IMG/VR virus record: IMGVR_UViG_3300048803_000071 | Coordinates: 1 to 64,000 of that record | Source: a virus | Taxonomy: Duplodnaviria; Caudoviricetes | Length of the DNA: 64,000 nt | Strand: one strand, 5' to 3' | In this document: positions 49,499 through 58,965 of the stretch, piece after piece | How positions within the stretch are numbered: the stretch's first letter is position 1 | How the letters are laid out: each line of letters opens with the position of its first letter | Translations under genes and position numbers: made by a program | Notes under the pieces: model-generated | Told to the model about the DNA's origin: nothing | The model's database searches: none | The model's input: the letters and a program-made list of their open reading frames with translations, nothing else

Positions 49499-49646
49499 AG
49501 TAAAAATATATTAATTAATGAAATAATTACCATTGTGCAAAAGATGCTCCCAATATAAAAAGAAATGTTGAAATTATAAAAAATATTGCAAACGCTATGC
49601 CTATTTTTATTTTTTCCATAATTTTATGCTGTTGCCTTATTTTATA

Positions 49647-50402
49647 TTAAAATTTATACCAGTTGCCGTTTCTGTAGATGTAATTATTGCTTTGATATTG
49701 TGTGTTGAAAATATCATTGGTTACTCCGTCAATCGTTCCTTTTACTACCACATAATTTACACTCGCATCAATTTTCTTAACAATTATTATTGCTCCATTA
49801 ACCGAAGGAGTATGGAGTATTATTGTATCATTCGCATTAGCAGCGTTAACCAATATCATATAACTATCCGCGGTTGTTGTAGTGTTTACTGCAACACTAT
49901 CTATTGCCAATGTCAATCCTGTTGTTATAATATTTGATGAAAAAGTATTTAATCCTGTCCAAATATTATTAAGAAGCAAGAGATTTCTCCCGAGGGGAGA
50001 AAGGACGCCGGAATTTCTTTCGATCCGGATAACTGCCTTTCTCCCTCCTTTTAGAGAGTTTTTAAGTCTTGCAATATATTTTGTTGTTCCAACATTCAGA
50101 ATGGAATAACTCTTTGAGGAGCTTGTGAGTGAACCAGCGGATAGAACAAACATATTATAGATTTGTCTATCTCCTTGCTCCACTCCAAATAGAAGTATTT
50201 CCCTGTATGGATTCGAGAGAACTGCAACTACCTCTATACTGTCATTAGTCCCGGTCAATGCTGTAATTGTAAGTACGAAATTATCGCTTACATTTACGCT
50301 TGTCAGGTTGACTGAGGTATGGACCGAATCCAATATTATTTCTTGTTGGGGATAGCAAAATGTTGCTACACTTAAAAACAAAATTAAGAGTAAAGTTCTC
50401 AT
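49647..50402 (-). CDS. Signal-peptide fibre-like protein (paralog 2)
   Basis: CYP|Q signal peptide; NIWTG-x-NTF motif; same C-terminal VKKID...IDG...QYQS...WY domain. Confidence 0.7.
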   Translation of the reverse strand: MRTLLLILFLSVATFCYPQQEIILDSVHTSVNLTSVNVSDNFVLTITALTGTNDSIEVVAVLSNPYREILLFGVEQGDRQIYNMFVLSAGSLTSSSKSYSILNVGTTKYIARLKNSLKGGRKAVIRIERNSGVLSPLGRNLLLLNNIWTGLNTFSSNIITTGLTLAIDSVAVNTTTTADSYMILVNAANANDTIILHTPSVNGAIIIVKKIDASVNYVVVKGTIDGVTNDIFNTQYQSNNYIYRNGNWYKF

Positions 50403-50454
50403 TAATTTATTTTTATATTTCGGAAAAAACATAGTCTTTTTCATTAATAAATTT

Positions 50455-51090
50455 TTAATTATTCATAATTTCTTCACAGAACTCAATTGTCAGGTCAATT
50501 ATTTTTTGTTTATTCTCAGGATTGCAAAGCCATATTACTGAGTCAAGATTATCTTGAAATCTGAATTCAATAAGAATTGCCGGAGGTTTGCAAAGCAGGA
50601 CTGCAAAATCGCTTTCGTAGTCGATATCACCATCACTATAATCACCCTTAACGGGACAATCGGGTAACTCTTCTTCATACTTTTCCATATAATTAGTAGC
50701 ATAAGCATCTGCTCTTGTTTTACCTCTTGTCGTCCATATAGTTACAAAATCTGCTGAATGAAACTTGTCATCTTTATTTGCTGCGTTCGTATGGAATGAC
50801 ATAAGTAATGCGTCATCGTAAGATTTCGCAATCTGATTAGCAACCCTCACCCTCACAGATAATCCGGGCTCGGTTTCTCCTGTAACCGTAAGACCTACAG
50901 GAATATTCCTTGCCTTCAGTCCCTGATATACACCTGCTACTATCTGATCAGACCATGCATATTCCCGGAATCGGTTATCAATGATTTCCGGTTGATCTAA
51001 AAACGGAAAGTCATCGGGTAGTACCGGACTTCTTTTTCCCGTAACATTTTCGCCGTGTGCCCTGTCAAGAATAAATACAAAGTCTTTCAT
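50455..51090 (-). CDS. N-acetylmuramoyl-L-alanine amidase (endolysin, Amidase_3)
   Basis: LDRAHG, RE, R-x-x-x-AN, SFHTNA and ILIE Zn-amidase motifs. Confidence 0.92.
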   Translation of the reverse strand: MKDFVFILDRAHGENVTGKRSPVLPDDFPFLDQPEIIDNRFREYAWSDQIVAGVYQGLKARNIPVGLTVTGETEPGLSVRVRVANQIAKSYDDALLMSFHTNAANKDDKFHSADFVTIWTTRGKTRADAYATNYMEKYEEELPDCPVKGDYSDGDIDYESDFAVLLCKPPAILIEFRFQDNLDSVIWLCNPENKQKIIDLTIEFCEEIMNN

Positions 51091-51288
51091 TTTATATTAT
51101 AGTTAAGTATTGTTGATAAAAATTTTCTACTTCTGCTGTTCTGTCTTCTGGATCTAAAACAAATTTACCGTTTTCTTCGATTGGTTCTTTCTTTATAATA
51201 CAATCCATTGCTGATTGATTGTTCACCCAATGAATGAATGTTTTTATTTCTTCTAATGTGTTAAATTCCATTTTAATTTTCCTTTATT

Positions 51289-52023
51289 TTATTTGATATA
51301 CCATTGAAAATTTTTGTAAATAAAAGTTCTTGATTGCCATTGATTATTCCACTTATCATCAGATGCTCCGTCTATTGTTAATCCGCCTTTTGCTTTTACA
51401 ACTACGTATGTTGCATTTGCATCAATTTTTTTCACTGTACATTCAAAACCGTTTGTTATTCCTATATTAGCTAAATAAACAGTATCATTATTTGAGGCGT
51501 CACAATTCACAAGCATTGTGTTTCTGCCTGCATATATTGTATCTGATGTTGAAGCACCTATTGAATCTATACCAAGTGTTAAAGATGCAGTGAAAATATT
51601 TCTCCAAAATAAAGCAGATGTTCCTAAATCATAAATTTTATTTAGAATAGGATTTACCAATGATAAATTAAATCTGGACACTCCGCTTATACTTGAATCA
51701 GTTCCGTTCAAATATATACTGCCTACGTTAAGCCTACTCAACCCGCTTATACTTGAATCAATTCCGTTAAGATATATACTGCCTGCTTTAAAACTTCCTG
51801 CTGAATCTATATAATTCATTACAACCGTATCAATAATAACTTTGTTGAATGTATTTATACCTAACCAAACATTGCCTCCACGAAGGTCTGGTAAAACAGT
51901 AAACCAAATTCCGCCAACTTGAACTGAATCCCCTACAATTAAAACCTGTATTGTTTGTTTTCTTATCTGTGCATTTAAACTTAAAGAAATCAATAAAAAT
52001 ATAATTAAAAATAATTTTTTCAT
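51289..52023 (-). CDS. Signal-peptide fibre-like protein (paralog 3)
   Basis: LNA|Q signal peptide; two 20-aa repeats; YDLGT-x-x-x-x-W-x-x-IF fibre motif; C-terminus near-identical to paralog 1. Confidence 0.7.
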   Translation of the reverse strand: MKKLFLIIFLLISLSLNAQIRKQTIQVLIVGDSVQVGGIWFTVLPDLRGGNVWLGINTFNKVIIDTVVMNYIDSAGSFKAGSIYLNGIDSSISGLSRLNVGSIYLNGTDSSISGVSRFNLSLVNPILNKIYDLGTSALFWRNIFTASLTLGIDSIGASTSDTIYAGRNTMLVNCDASNNDTVYLANIGITNGFECTVKKIDANATYVVVKAKGGLTIDGASDDKWNNQWQSRTFIYKNFQWYIK

Positions 52024-52028
52024 ATTCG

Positions 52029-54836
52029 CTATATTAAAGTTATTGTTTTTCCTGTTACTGATGTTCCGCTGCAGCTTAATTTTAATAAATCCCCTGCTTT
52101 GATTGTAAAGGGTAAAGTAGGTTGAGTAAAAGTAGCGCCTTCATCTTCACTTAAATAAATAACAACTGTGCCTTGCCCAAATTCAAGCATCTCTTTTATT
52201 AATCTTTCGTTTGGTGCGATATAATATTTATCTTGGTCTCCCTCAAACATCATATAAAACAAAGGTTCTGCTTTATCTACTACTCCATTTACCGCATATG
52301 TACCATTTCCTGTAAAATGTATAGTTGAAATAGGTTTCGCATCAAAAGTATTTAATCCTTTCAAATTGATTGTTGCTGGTAATTGAGTAAATCCTGATAA
52401 GGCATAATTACACCCCATTATCACAGGAGTAAATCCTGTTAATCTATTGGTTTTATCCCATGCTTCTAAATCACAATTCTCCAATGTTAAATATTGAGTA
52501 TTCCAAAAAACTTCACCTTCTGCCCAGTCCGACCTCATCATCAATACATTGCCTTGCCTTGATTTTAATGCAGTGTTCTTTATATATACTTTATTTGGGT
52601 AATAAGTATTCATCTGAACAGCACACCAATTATATTTGTTTTCTGCAATATCAACTTCCAAAAATAAATCACAACCACCTACTGACACAGGACATTCTCC
52701 ATCAACTTCTATTTTTCTTCCTTTATAAATAATATATCCCATATCAGAACCTAACCCCGTAGCTCCATTATATCTTCCTCTATTAAAAATCATCTCATCA
52801 ACTTCAAAAATTGACGTTGTACCAGTGTTTGCTTGATTAGATATTTGAGCAATAATACCTACTCTATAATCGTCGTTGTTAGCAGTTGAAATCAATCTTC
52901 TCACCTTAAAATGCATAATATTATCTCTATGACTTATACAATGTCCTACATTATTAACAATTATTTCATCTCCTTCATAAGTCCCATGACATCTTGTAAT
53001 TAAACCTGTTGAGCCTGTGTCCGGTAATCCTTTAGTTCCCGTTTCAATACTTCTTACCTTCCCTTCAAATCTCCCGTATAAACTCCATAACAATATTCCG
53101 CAATTTCTTCTACTCAATACTTTGTTACAGTTTAATTTAAGATTTGCGCAAACTACATATAACGCTGGGTCTCCGTTATTGGGGGTATTATTTGGACCTA
53201 ATTGGTCTATACTATCAAATTCAAGTTCTATATTTGGTCCTCCATATATAGGTATCCATTGCCTGCCATCAAATCTTTTCATTAGATAATATCCATAAGT
53301 AAATAAATTATCTCCTACCTTATAAATGTATACATTAGAATAAGCAGTAGTTACACTTATTCCTTTGTTAACACATTCCCAATGTTGTTCAGTTGTATTG
53401 GTATTTGCACTTTGTAACCTAAACACACCATATTTACTTATGCTTAAAAATACATCTTCATAATTATTATCGTTGTAAGTTTCAGCATTAGAAATTGCAA
53501 CTAAACTACTACAAGTTAAAGAAGTTAATGATATCTCAAACGGAATTTCTTCCCATACTGTTGATACCTCTAATACCCATCTATAAACTTTATGTTCTGT
53601 TGAATTAAAAATATAAACCGTATTTTTAGGTGGGTCAGAAACAAATAACTTTGTACTTACTGTTAAATGAGATATTGTATCCCCCTCAATCCCGCTATCC
53701 ATAAGAGTCCATGTAGTAACACTTCCTCCACTGCTTTCAACTCCTCTATATATTTTCCCATCTGCTAAAGCAATTACATCTACTCCCACAGTAAATAATT
53801 TTGACACAACTGTAAAAGCACCATCACTTTCAAAAGGTTCGGTATATCCTCCTCTTGTTACATATAAACCATTATTTGTTCCTATATATACATTTTGATT
53901 TGCCGAGGTATAAGCCCCACAATTTAAACTAGCTGAAGGAAGACCAACAGAATTTTCAATCCAAGTTTTTCCGTTATCTTCACTGTAATAAAATTTATAA
54001 ATGCTGTTATATGATTTATACCCCAATACTAAATTTGAATCATCTTTATAAAAACTTTGCAAGAAATATGGAACAGAGTATTCAGTTGCTCTTGCAAAAT
54101 TCATTCCATCCTGACTTTCATAATAAGGATGAGGGTCAGTATTAGCGTAGTTAGAACTTGGGAATAAAACTAAACCTCCGTTTAAATCGATGCCTTTGTC
54201 ATAATATAAATTTGAAAAATCCGAAGTTTTCCCCGTTAAAAATATCCCGCTTGTTGTCCCCGGCTCTGTGTCTGTTATGAACTTTCCATTACCTGTCAGT
54301 TTAAAATTTGTTAGATTCGTTCCATATAGAGGTTTAGAATTAGTCAAAGGATGAATAACAACACCATCCTCTAAATGTAAATGAATTCCGTCTCTTACAA
54401 CTAATGCTTCATTGTAAGTTCCTTTTTTTACGTAGATTATTACATTATCGGGGGCTTTATCTATATAATCCTGAATTGTTTGCCCCGGATATACAACAAT
54501 ATCATTCCTACCGTCACCAAATCTTCTTGTTATCCACCCGGGTCTTGGAGTAATTCCATCATCACATAAATTCATAGTATAATCATACTCTATGTAATCA
54601 TTAGGATATAATTCTGAATATACTTGATTAGAAATAATATTATTAGAAAGTGCTAAACAAATTATTGGTTCTACCGGTCCTGCACCGTTTCTTTGATAAT
54701 CTGTGATTCTATAATAGTAACCGGCTGAAAGTGATTCACTATTTATGGCAGTTATTAACTGAGCGTATGTTAAATCGATTAACATAATACATACGTTTTG
54801 ATTGGACATTTCACCTCCGAATTTAACTGTTATCAT
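52029..54836 (-). CDS. Tail spike/receptor-binding protein (beta-helix with beta-propeller insert)
   Basis: LTYAQL...YYRITDY N-terminal anchor; TIQD...IYVKKGTYNE beta-helix cap; Asp-box YYSEDNGKTW. Confidence 0.7.
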   Translation of the reverse strand: MITVKFGGEMSNQNVCIMLIDLTYAQLITAINSESLSAGYYYRITDYQRNGAGPVEPIICLALSNNIISNQVYSELYPNDYIEYDYTMNLCDDGITPRPGWITRRFGDGRNDIVVYPGQTIQDYIDKAPDNVIIYVKKGTYNEALVVRDGIHLHLEDGVVIHPLTNSKPLYGTNLTNFKLTGNGKFITDTEPGTTSGIFLTGKTSDFSNLYYDKGIDLNGGLVLFPSSNYANTDPHPYYESQDGMNFARATEYSVPYFLQSFYKDDSNLVLGYKSYNSIYKFYYSEDNGKTWIENSVGLPSASLNCGAYTSANQNVYIGTNNGLYVTRGGYTEPFESDGAFTVVSKLFTVGVDVIALADGKIYRGVESSGGSVTTWTLMDSGIEGDTISHLTVSTKLFVSDPPKNTVYIFNSTEHKVYRWVLEVSTVWEEIPFEISLTSLTCSSLVAISNAETYNDNNYEDVFLSISKYGVFRLQSANTNTTEQHWECVNKGISVTTAYSNVYIYKVGDNLFTYGYYLMKRFDGRQWIPIYGGPNIELEFDSIDQLGPNNTPNNGDPALYVVCANLKLNCNKVLSRRNCGILLWSLYGRFEGKVRSIETGTKGLPDTGSTGLITRCHGTYEGDEIIVNNVGHCISHRDNIMHFKVRRLISTANNDDYRVGIIAQISNQANTGTTSIFEVDEMIFNRGRYNGATGLGSDMGYIIYKGRKIEVDGECPVSVGGCDLFLEVDIAENKYNWCAVQMNTYYPNKVYIKNTALKSRQGNVLMMRSDWAEGEVFWNTQYLTLENCDLEAWDKTNRLTGFTPVIMGCNYALSGFTQLPATINLKGLNTFDAKPISTIHFTGNGTYAVNGVVDKAEPLFYMMFEGDQDKYYIAPNERLIKEMLEFGQGTVVIYLSEDEGATFTQPTLPFTIKAGDLLKLSCSGTSVTGKTITLI

Positions 54837-54872
54837 TATTTATTCTGTAATTCAGGTCTAATTTGATTTTAT

Positions 54873-55202
54873 TCATATTATTCTCAACACTTCGTCCGCC
54901 ACGCCTTTTGCAAACACTCTATATGCCTGATATTCTGTGTATTCTGACTGATGCTCAGTATTGCCATCATCCTTATTATATAGGAGTGCGAGTTGTCTTC
55001 CTGTGGGATATTTATCAAGCAATATTGCCTCGATAATTTCCGACCTTGTGGGTTGGGTTGATACTTTTACCTGTTCGTATTCAAATCCTTCTTCCGTTAC
55101 ACTTATTCGTTTTTTCGTATATGGAGCAATGTCAAAGTTAATTAACAAGCCGCCTTGTAATTTTTGTAAAGCTTCAGGTCTGGTATTCGATTGTACTTTC
55201 AT
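54873..55202 (-). CDS. Small protein downstream of DGR RT (tail-fibre chaperone-like)
   Basis: II-x-x-I-x-x-x-KY...EY-x-x-YR-x-x-AK pattern; not Avd-like. Confidence 0.45.
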   Translation of the reverse strand: MKVQSNTRPEALQKLQGGLLINFDIAPYTKKRISVTEEGFEYEQVKVSTQPTRSEIIEAILLDKYPTGRQLALLYNKDDGNTEHQSEYTEYQAYRVFAKGVADEVLRII

Positions 55203-56211
55203 TTTTTATGTGGTTTAATATTTGTAAAATTTCGTCTGTTATGTATTTATTCCATAAAGCATGTCTGATTGGTTTTATCCATCCCCAATAACTTGCTACG
55301 CCGTTTAGTATTTGTTCCCTTGTCATATACCGCCAGTTTTTCTTAACAATCAGTATCTTTTGCTTAAATCTTTTTGCGATGTTGCCTCTCAGTAATGTTA
55401 TCCCTTTGAAGAATCTGTATCCGCAGAAGTCGAGACCTCGCGCCTCTAAGGGGAATATCTGATAATTAGACTTTAATGATAAAATTAATTTACTTTGTAG
55501 ATAAGTTCTTATTGCTCTTAATAGTCGGTGTAGTTTTTTCTTGAAATTACTTAACACTACTATATCATCGCAGTATCTGAAATAATGCTTTATTTTCTGC
55601 GTTCCTTTTACCCAATGGTCAAAATATGCCAGATATAAATTGCCGAAATATTGAGATAGATAATTCCCAATTGGCATTCCTTTTGCGGAGAATACTATTT
55701 CGCGGAGTAAAAACAGTGTTTGGCGGCATTTTATTTTTTTCTTTAAAATTTGCATTAAGATAGTATTGTTTATTGACGGGTAATATTTTTTTATGTCCAG
55801 TTTCAAACAATATTTTGCTTTACCTGTCCTTACCGCCCTTTGCACTCTCCTTCTCGCATCCGATACGCCTCGACCTTTGATGCTTTGATATGTATCTCGA
55901 ATTAAAGTTTTCTTCCAAATCGGTTCTAATATCTGCATTATTGCATGGTGTAATATCCTGTCGGGAAAATACGGTAACCTGTAAATCGTTCTTTTTTTCC
56001 CTTTATCCATCTTATCAGATATTTTATATTTGCTGTTTTTAAAAGTTTGTGTGATAAGAGTGTTTTGAAGCTGAGTTAAATATTCATCCGGATTTTTATC
56101 GATTCTCTTAACTTCAGCGTAATGCGTTTTACCTTTCCTTGCATTTGAATGTGCAAGTCTAAGGTTATTAATGTCGTAAATTTTATGATATAAGTTGCCG
56201 TATCGTTTCAA
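55174..56211 (-). CDS. DGR reverse transcriptase
   Basis: KLDIKKYYPSI, GMPIGNYLSQ (DGR SQ signature), RYCDD and DFCGY motifs; no maturase or endonuclease domain. Confidence 0.97.
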   Translation of the reverse strand: MKRYGNLYHKIYDINNLRLAHSNARKGKTHYAEVKRIDKNPDEYLTQLQNTLITQTFKNSKYKISDKMDKGKKRTIYRLPYFPDRILHHAIMQILEPIWKKTLIRDTYQSIKGRGVSDARRRVQRAVRTGKAKYCLKLDIKKYYPSINNTILMQILKKKIKCRQTLFLLREIVFSAKGMPIGNYLSQYFGNLYLAYFDHWVKGTQKIKHYFRYCDDIVVLSNFKKKLHRLLRAIRTYLQSKLILSLKSNYQIFPLEARGLDFCGYRFFKGITLLRGNIAKRFKQKILIVKKNWRYMTREQILNGVASYWGWIKPIRHALWNKYITDEILQILNHIKNESTIEYQT

Positions 56212-56340
56212 GCCGCTGCTCCTTGCCTGTTTTTCGTTCCAGAATCTTCGCTTTCGCTACCAATACTTTGTGGAACTCTACCCGCTCTTTCGAGCTGGCA
56301 TAATGTTTTACCAAGAGGTAAGGTTATATAACGCTGTTTG

Positions 56341-56463
56341 TAACAGGATAGACGACACCCAATATTCTGATTCGCATTACCAGAATCATTATTCAGATTC
56401 CAATAGAAAGCACCAGCATTCGTACCATTATTCGCATTACCGCCGATTAACGTGACGTGCCTT
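56341..56463 (-). repeat. DGR template repeat (TR)
   Basis: Aligns ungapped to 56531-56653; in the core (56351-56463) 19 of 22 mismatches are at TR adenines; rich in AAT codons. Confidence 0.97.
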
Positions 56464-56526
56464 GCTGCATTATGTAACCCTCTTACTTTAATCATTTAAT
56501 TTATTCTATTTATTCAAAAATTTTTT

Positions 56527-58095
56527 TTAAAAGCAGGCAAGACGACACCCAACATACTGATACGCAGGACCAGAATCATAAGCCAGAATCCAATCGAAAG
56601 CACCAGCCTTCGCACCATAATACGCATAACCGCCGAAGCACGCGACGCGCCAACCTTCTGCATCTTCATTGGCTTCATAATAATCACAAAGCCCTACGCT
56701 TGAACTCCCGTCGGCACTCGTAGGTAAGAAACCACGCTTATTAGGGAGTATTGTTCTTATGTATCCACCACTACTTCCGAGTGTTCCAAGCAATGTGTAG
56801 TTACTGTCTGAATCATCCGTGTATTCGTTCGGTGTGCTATGAACATAAGCAGCGTTTGCATTGATTGATATTCCGTCAACAAATTTCATAATATGTCCCC
56901 AGAAGTTTTCAATGCCTCTGTAACTTAAATATTTTGTGCTTTCCGTCGCAGCTGATGTACTTCCTGCATTGTTACCACTCGCATCGCCGATTGCATTTGA
57001 ATTACCTGATATTGCTATCGGATTGTAGTTGTTGTAAGCCGCCCAATCATTCACGTTAGTAATCGCTACGCCTAAAACCGATTGTGAATTGAAACTTCCG
57101 TATTCAATCAAGAATAATAGTTGTATTGCACTTACTGTATCGAAGTCCTGCTGGAACCATCCTGCACCTCTGTTACTTGCAAGTACTCTTGTATTTGCAC
57201 GTGTAAGATTCGTTATAGGCATCTTATCGTTTACTGAGGAAAGCTTATCGCCTGTTGTTGCTGTGTAGTCTTTTTGTGTACTGATTTCGGTATTAGCTTC
57301 CGTCGCATCACTAACATCCTCGGTAACTATTATTTTCGTTGCACTTGAAACCGTTGCCACTGTATAAGTACCGTTTAATGCACTTGTACCCGTGATAACT
57401 AATTTATCACCTGCCTCAAGTCCCGCAAATCCGCCTATTAAACTTGTAGTAATTGAATTATCTGTATCTGCAAAAACTACACTATGAGCGGGTAAATACT
57501 TTCCGTTTGCATAACGACTTGCAGAAGTGTCGTAAAGCATTCCCTCATAAGCTCCAATGTAGGCAAATGGTTTTTCAGTACCTGCTTTATTAAACATTGG
57601 ATGTACTTCATACCCTGAAAGAGGTACAGCGGAAATTTGCCACGTATGAATTGTATCTCCCGCAACAACTGCTATTGAATACTTATAGTAGAATTTTGGA
57701 ATCTCTACCATGACTTGACCATCAGTTCCATCAAGCACAGCACTTGTTACTCCATCTTCTTTTTTTGTTGAATCTGTAGCTGATAGATAATATTCTACAA
57801 CCCCCGCTGCTTTCATAAGACACCGTCTCATTTGTGAATGGATTGGGAGATTAGCATCACCTGCCGAAACTCCAGTTGCTATTCCTATAAGACTTCCTGT
57901 TCTTGCATAAGTATCATCTGTTTCATTCCACGATAAACCTTGCGGTAATAGGTTTTCAAGAGAGGTCCCGATTAAATTCTTCGGTGAGATTTTTTTAAGT
58001 TGCCCCGTTGATGCGTCAAGAATCTTAAGTAAGTCGTTATTTACGTCAACAGTAATTAATTCTTGTAATTTTTCTACAGGTGGTTCGTAACTCAT
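56527..58095 (-). CDS. DGR target protein (C-type-lectin-fold tail/adhesin protein)
   Basis: MVEIPKFY, YIGAYEG and YRGIENFWG motifs; C-terminal VR ending GCRL. Confidence 0.92.
   Translation of the reverse strand: MSYEPPVEKLQELITVDVNNDLLKILDASTGQLKKISPKNLIGTSLENLLPQGLSWNETDDTYARTGSLIGIATGVSAGDANLPIHSQMRRCLMKAAGVVEYYLSATDSTKKEDGVTSAVLDGTDGQVMVEIPKFYYKYSIAVVAGDTIHTWQISAVPLSGYEVHPMFNKAGTEKPFAYIGAYEGMLYDTSASRYANGKYLPAHSVVFADTDNSITTSLIGGFAGLEAGDKLVITGTSALNGTYTVATVSSATKIIVTEDVSDATEANTEISTQKDYTATTGDKLSSVNDKMPITNLTRANTRVLASNRGAGWFQQDFDTVSAIQLLFLIEYGSFNSQSVLGVAITNVNDWAAYNNYNPIAISGNSNAIGDASGNNAGSTSAATESTKYLSYRGIENFWGHIMKFVDGISINANAAYVHSTPNEYTDDSDSNYTLLGTLGSSGGYIRTILPNKRGFLPTSADGSSSVGLCDYYEANEDAEGWRVACFGGYAYYGAKAGAFDWILAYDSGPAYQYVGCRLACF
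56531..56653 (-). repeat. DGR variable repeat (VR)
   Basis: 3' end of the target gene (WRVACFGG...VGCRLACF); adenine-biased divergence from TR. Confidence 0.97.
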
Positions 58096-58110
58096 TATAT
58101 TCTCCTTGTT

Positions 58111-58677
58111 TTAAGATGTTTTTATAAAATTTGAAATTATTAAGATTAATAACCCGATGATTGCTGAGAGTCGGAAAGTTTGATAATTATATTCTTTGAG
58201 CATCCAATATCCGGATTGATACCAATGTGTTAACCAGGAAACGCGCCCCCGGTATTTTTTTGCAAATTTAAGTTGTGAGAGCAATACATAGTACCCGTAT
58301 TCATTAGTTAGGAAATAGTGTGCCAGCAATAAACCGGCTGCTTCCCCTGCGGACCCGAAAAAATAAGAGATTAAAATAAATGTGATTTCTAATAACTTCT
58401 GGATTATTCTATAGCGTATCGGCTCATATCCTCCGTAAAAGAATTCCGGCTCCATAAGCCAGAGCCAAAATCCCCTGAACTTCTCATATATTCCCCTCGA
58501 TAGTTTCCCCCCGAAAATTCCACTCGGATTTTCCACCGCTCCCTTAATACAAATCTCGTTAATGTAACCATAACAAAATGCATCGATGAAAATTAATGCC
58601 CCAAGTAAAAAAACATTCAGCAACGTCCCGCTAAAACCAAAAAAGAAATTCATGCCGCTTCCCCCCTTGAAGAACAA
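58111..58677 (-). CDS. Membrane protein
   Basis: Several hydrophobic helices. Confidence 0.5.
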   Translation of the reverse strand: MFFKGGSGMNFFFGFSGTLLNVFLLGALIFIDAFCYGYINEICIKGAVENPSGIFGGKLSRGIYEKFRGFWLWLMEPEFFYGGYEPIRYRIIQKLLEITFILISYFFGSAGEAAGLLLAHYFLTNEYGYYVLLSQLKFAKKYRGRVSWLTHWYQSGYWMLKEYNYQTFRLSAIIGLLILIISNFIKTS

Positions 58678-58910
58678 AAGACTACCTTGTTACGCATTAT
58701 CGTGATATCTTCCCGTACAAAAACATTGTCCCCCAACATGATGTATTCGCTCCCCCTCGTCAACTTCCCCTCAATCGTACGAACCCGGGAGCGTGCCTTG
58801 CTGCGACTCCGGATTATTCCCCCCAATATCATCCGTTTAATAATATAACTGCTTAAACTTGTTTCATCACATAATTCTGTTATCGATTTGTACCCTGAAG
58901 GTTTTTCCAT
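58650..58910 (-). CDS. Small HTH-like DNA-binding protein
   Basis: YKSITELC...IKRMI-x-x-G-x-I excisionase/MerR-type HTH pattern. Confidence 0.5.
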   Translation of the reverse strand: MEKPSGYKSITELCDETSLSSYIIKRMILGGIIRSRSKARSRVRTIEGKLTRGSEYIMLGDNVFVREDITIMRNKVVFCSSRGEAA

Positions 58911-58933
58911 TCACCAGTTGACTTAATTTAATG

Positions 58934-58965
58934 CGAAATTAATACCTCGTTATCCTTAAAGTCAA
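58934..58965 (-). promoter_or_regulatory. Putative promoter
   Basis: TTGACT followed by TAATTTCG (close to the Bacteroidota TAnnTTTG element) upstream of 58910. Confidence 0.45.

Larger units (their letters stand above)
55174..58095 (-). mobile_element. Diversity-generating retroelement cassette (target-VR, TR, RT)
   Basis: RT, TR/VR pair and target gene are contiguous. Confidence 0.95.

Noticed and set aside
52029-52150. Second DGR VR
   Set aside because: No TR similarity found here or at other gene ends by eye.
55174-56211. Group II intron or retron RT
   Set aside because: DGR-type motif and adjacent TR/VR pair; no maturase or endonuclease domain.
56208-56495. 95-aa ORF as a protein gene
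   Set aside because: It is TR plus spacer read in the VR frame; no evidence of translation.
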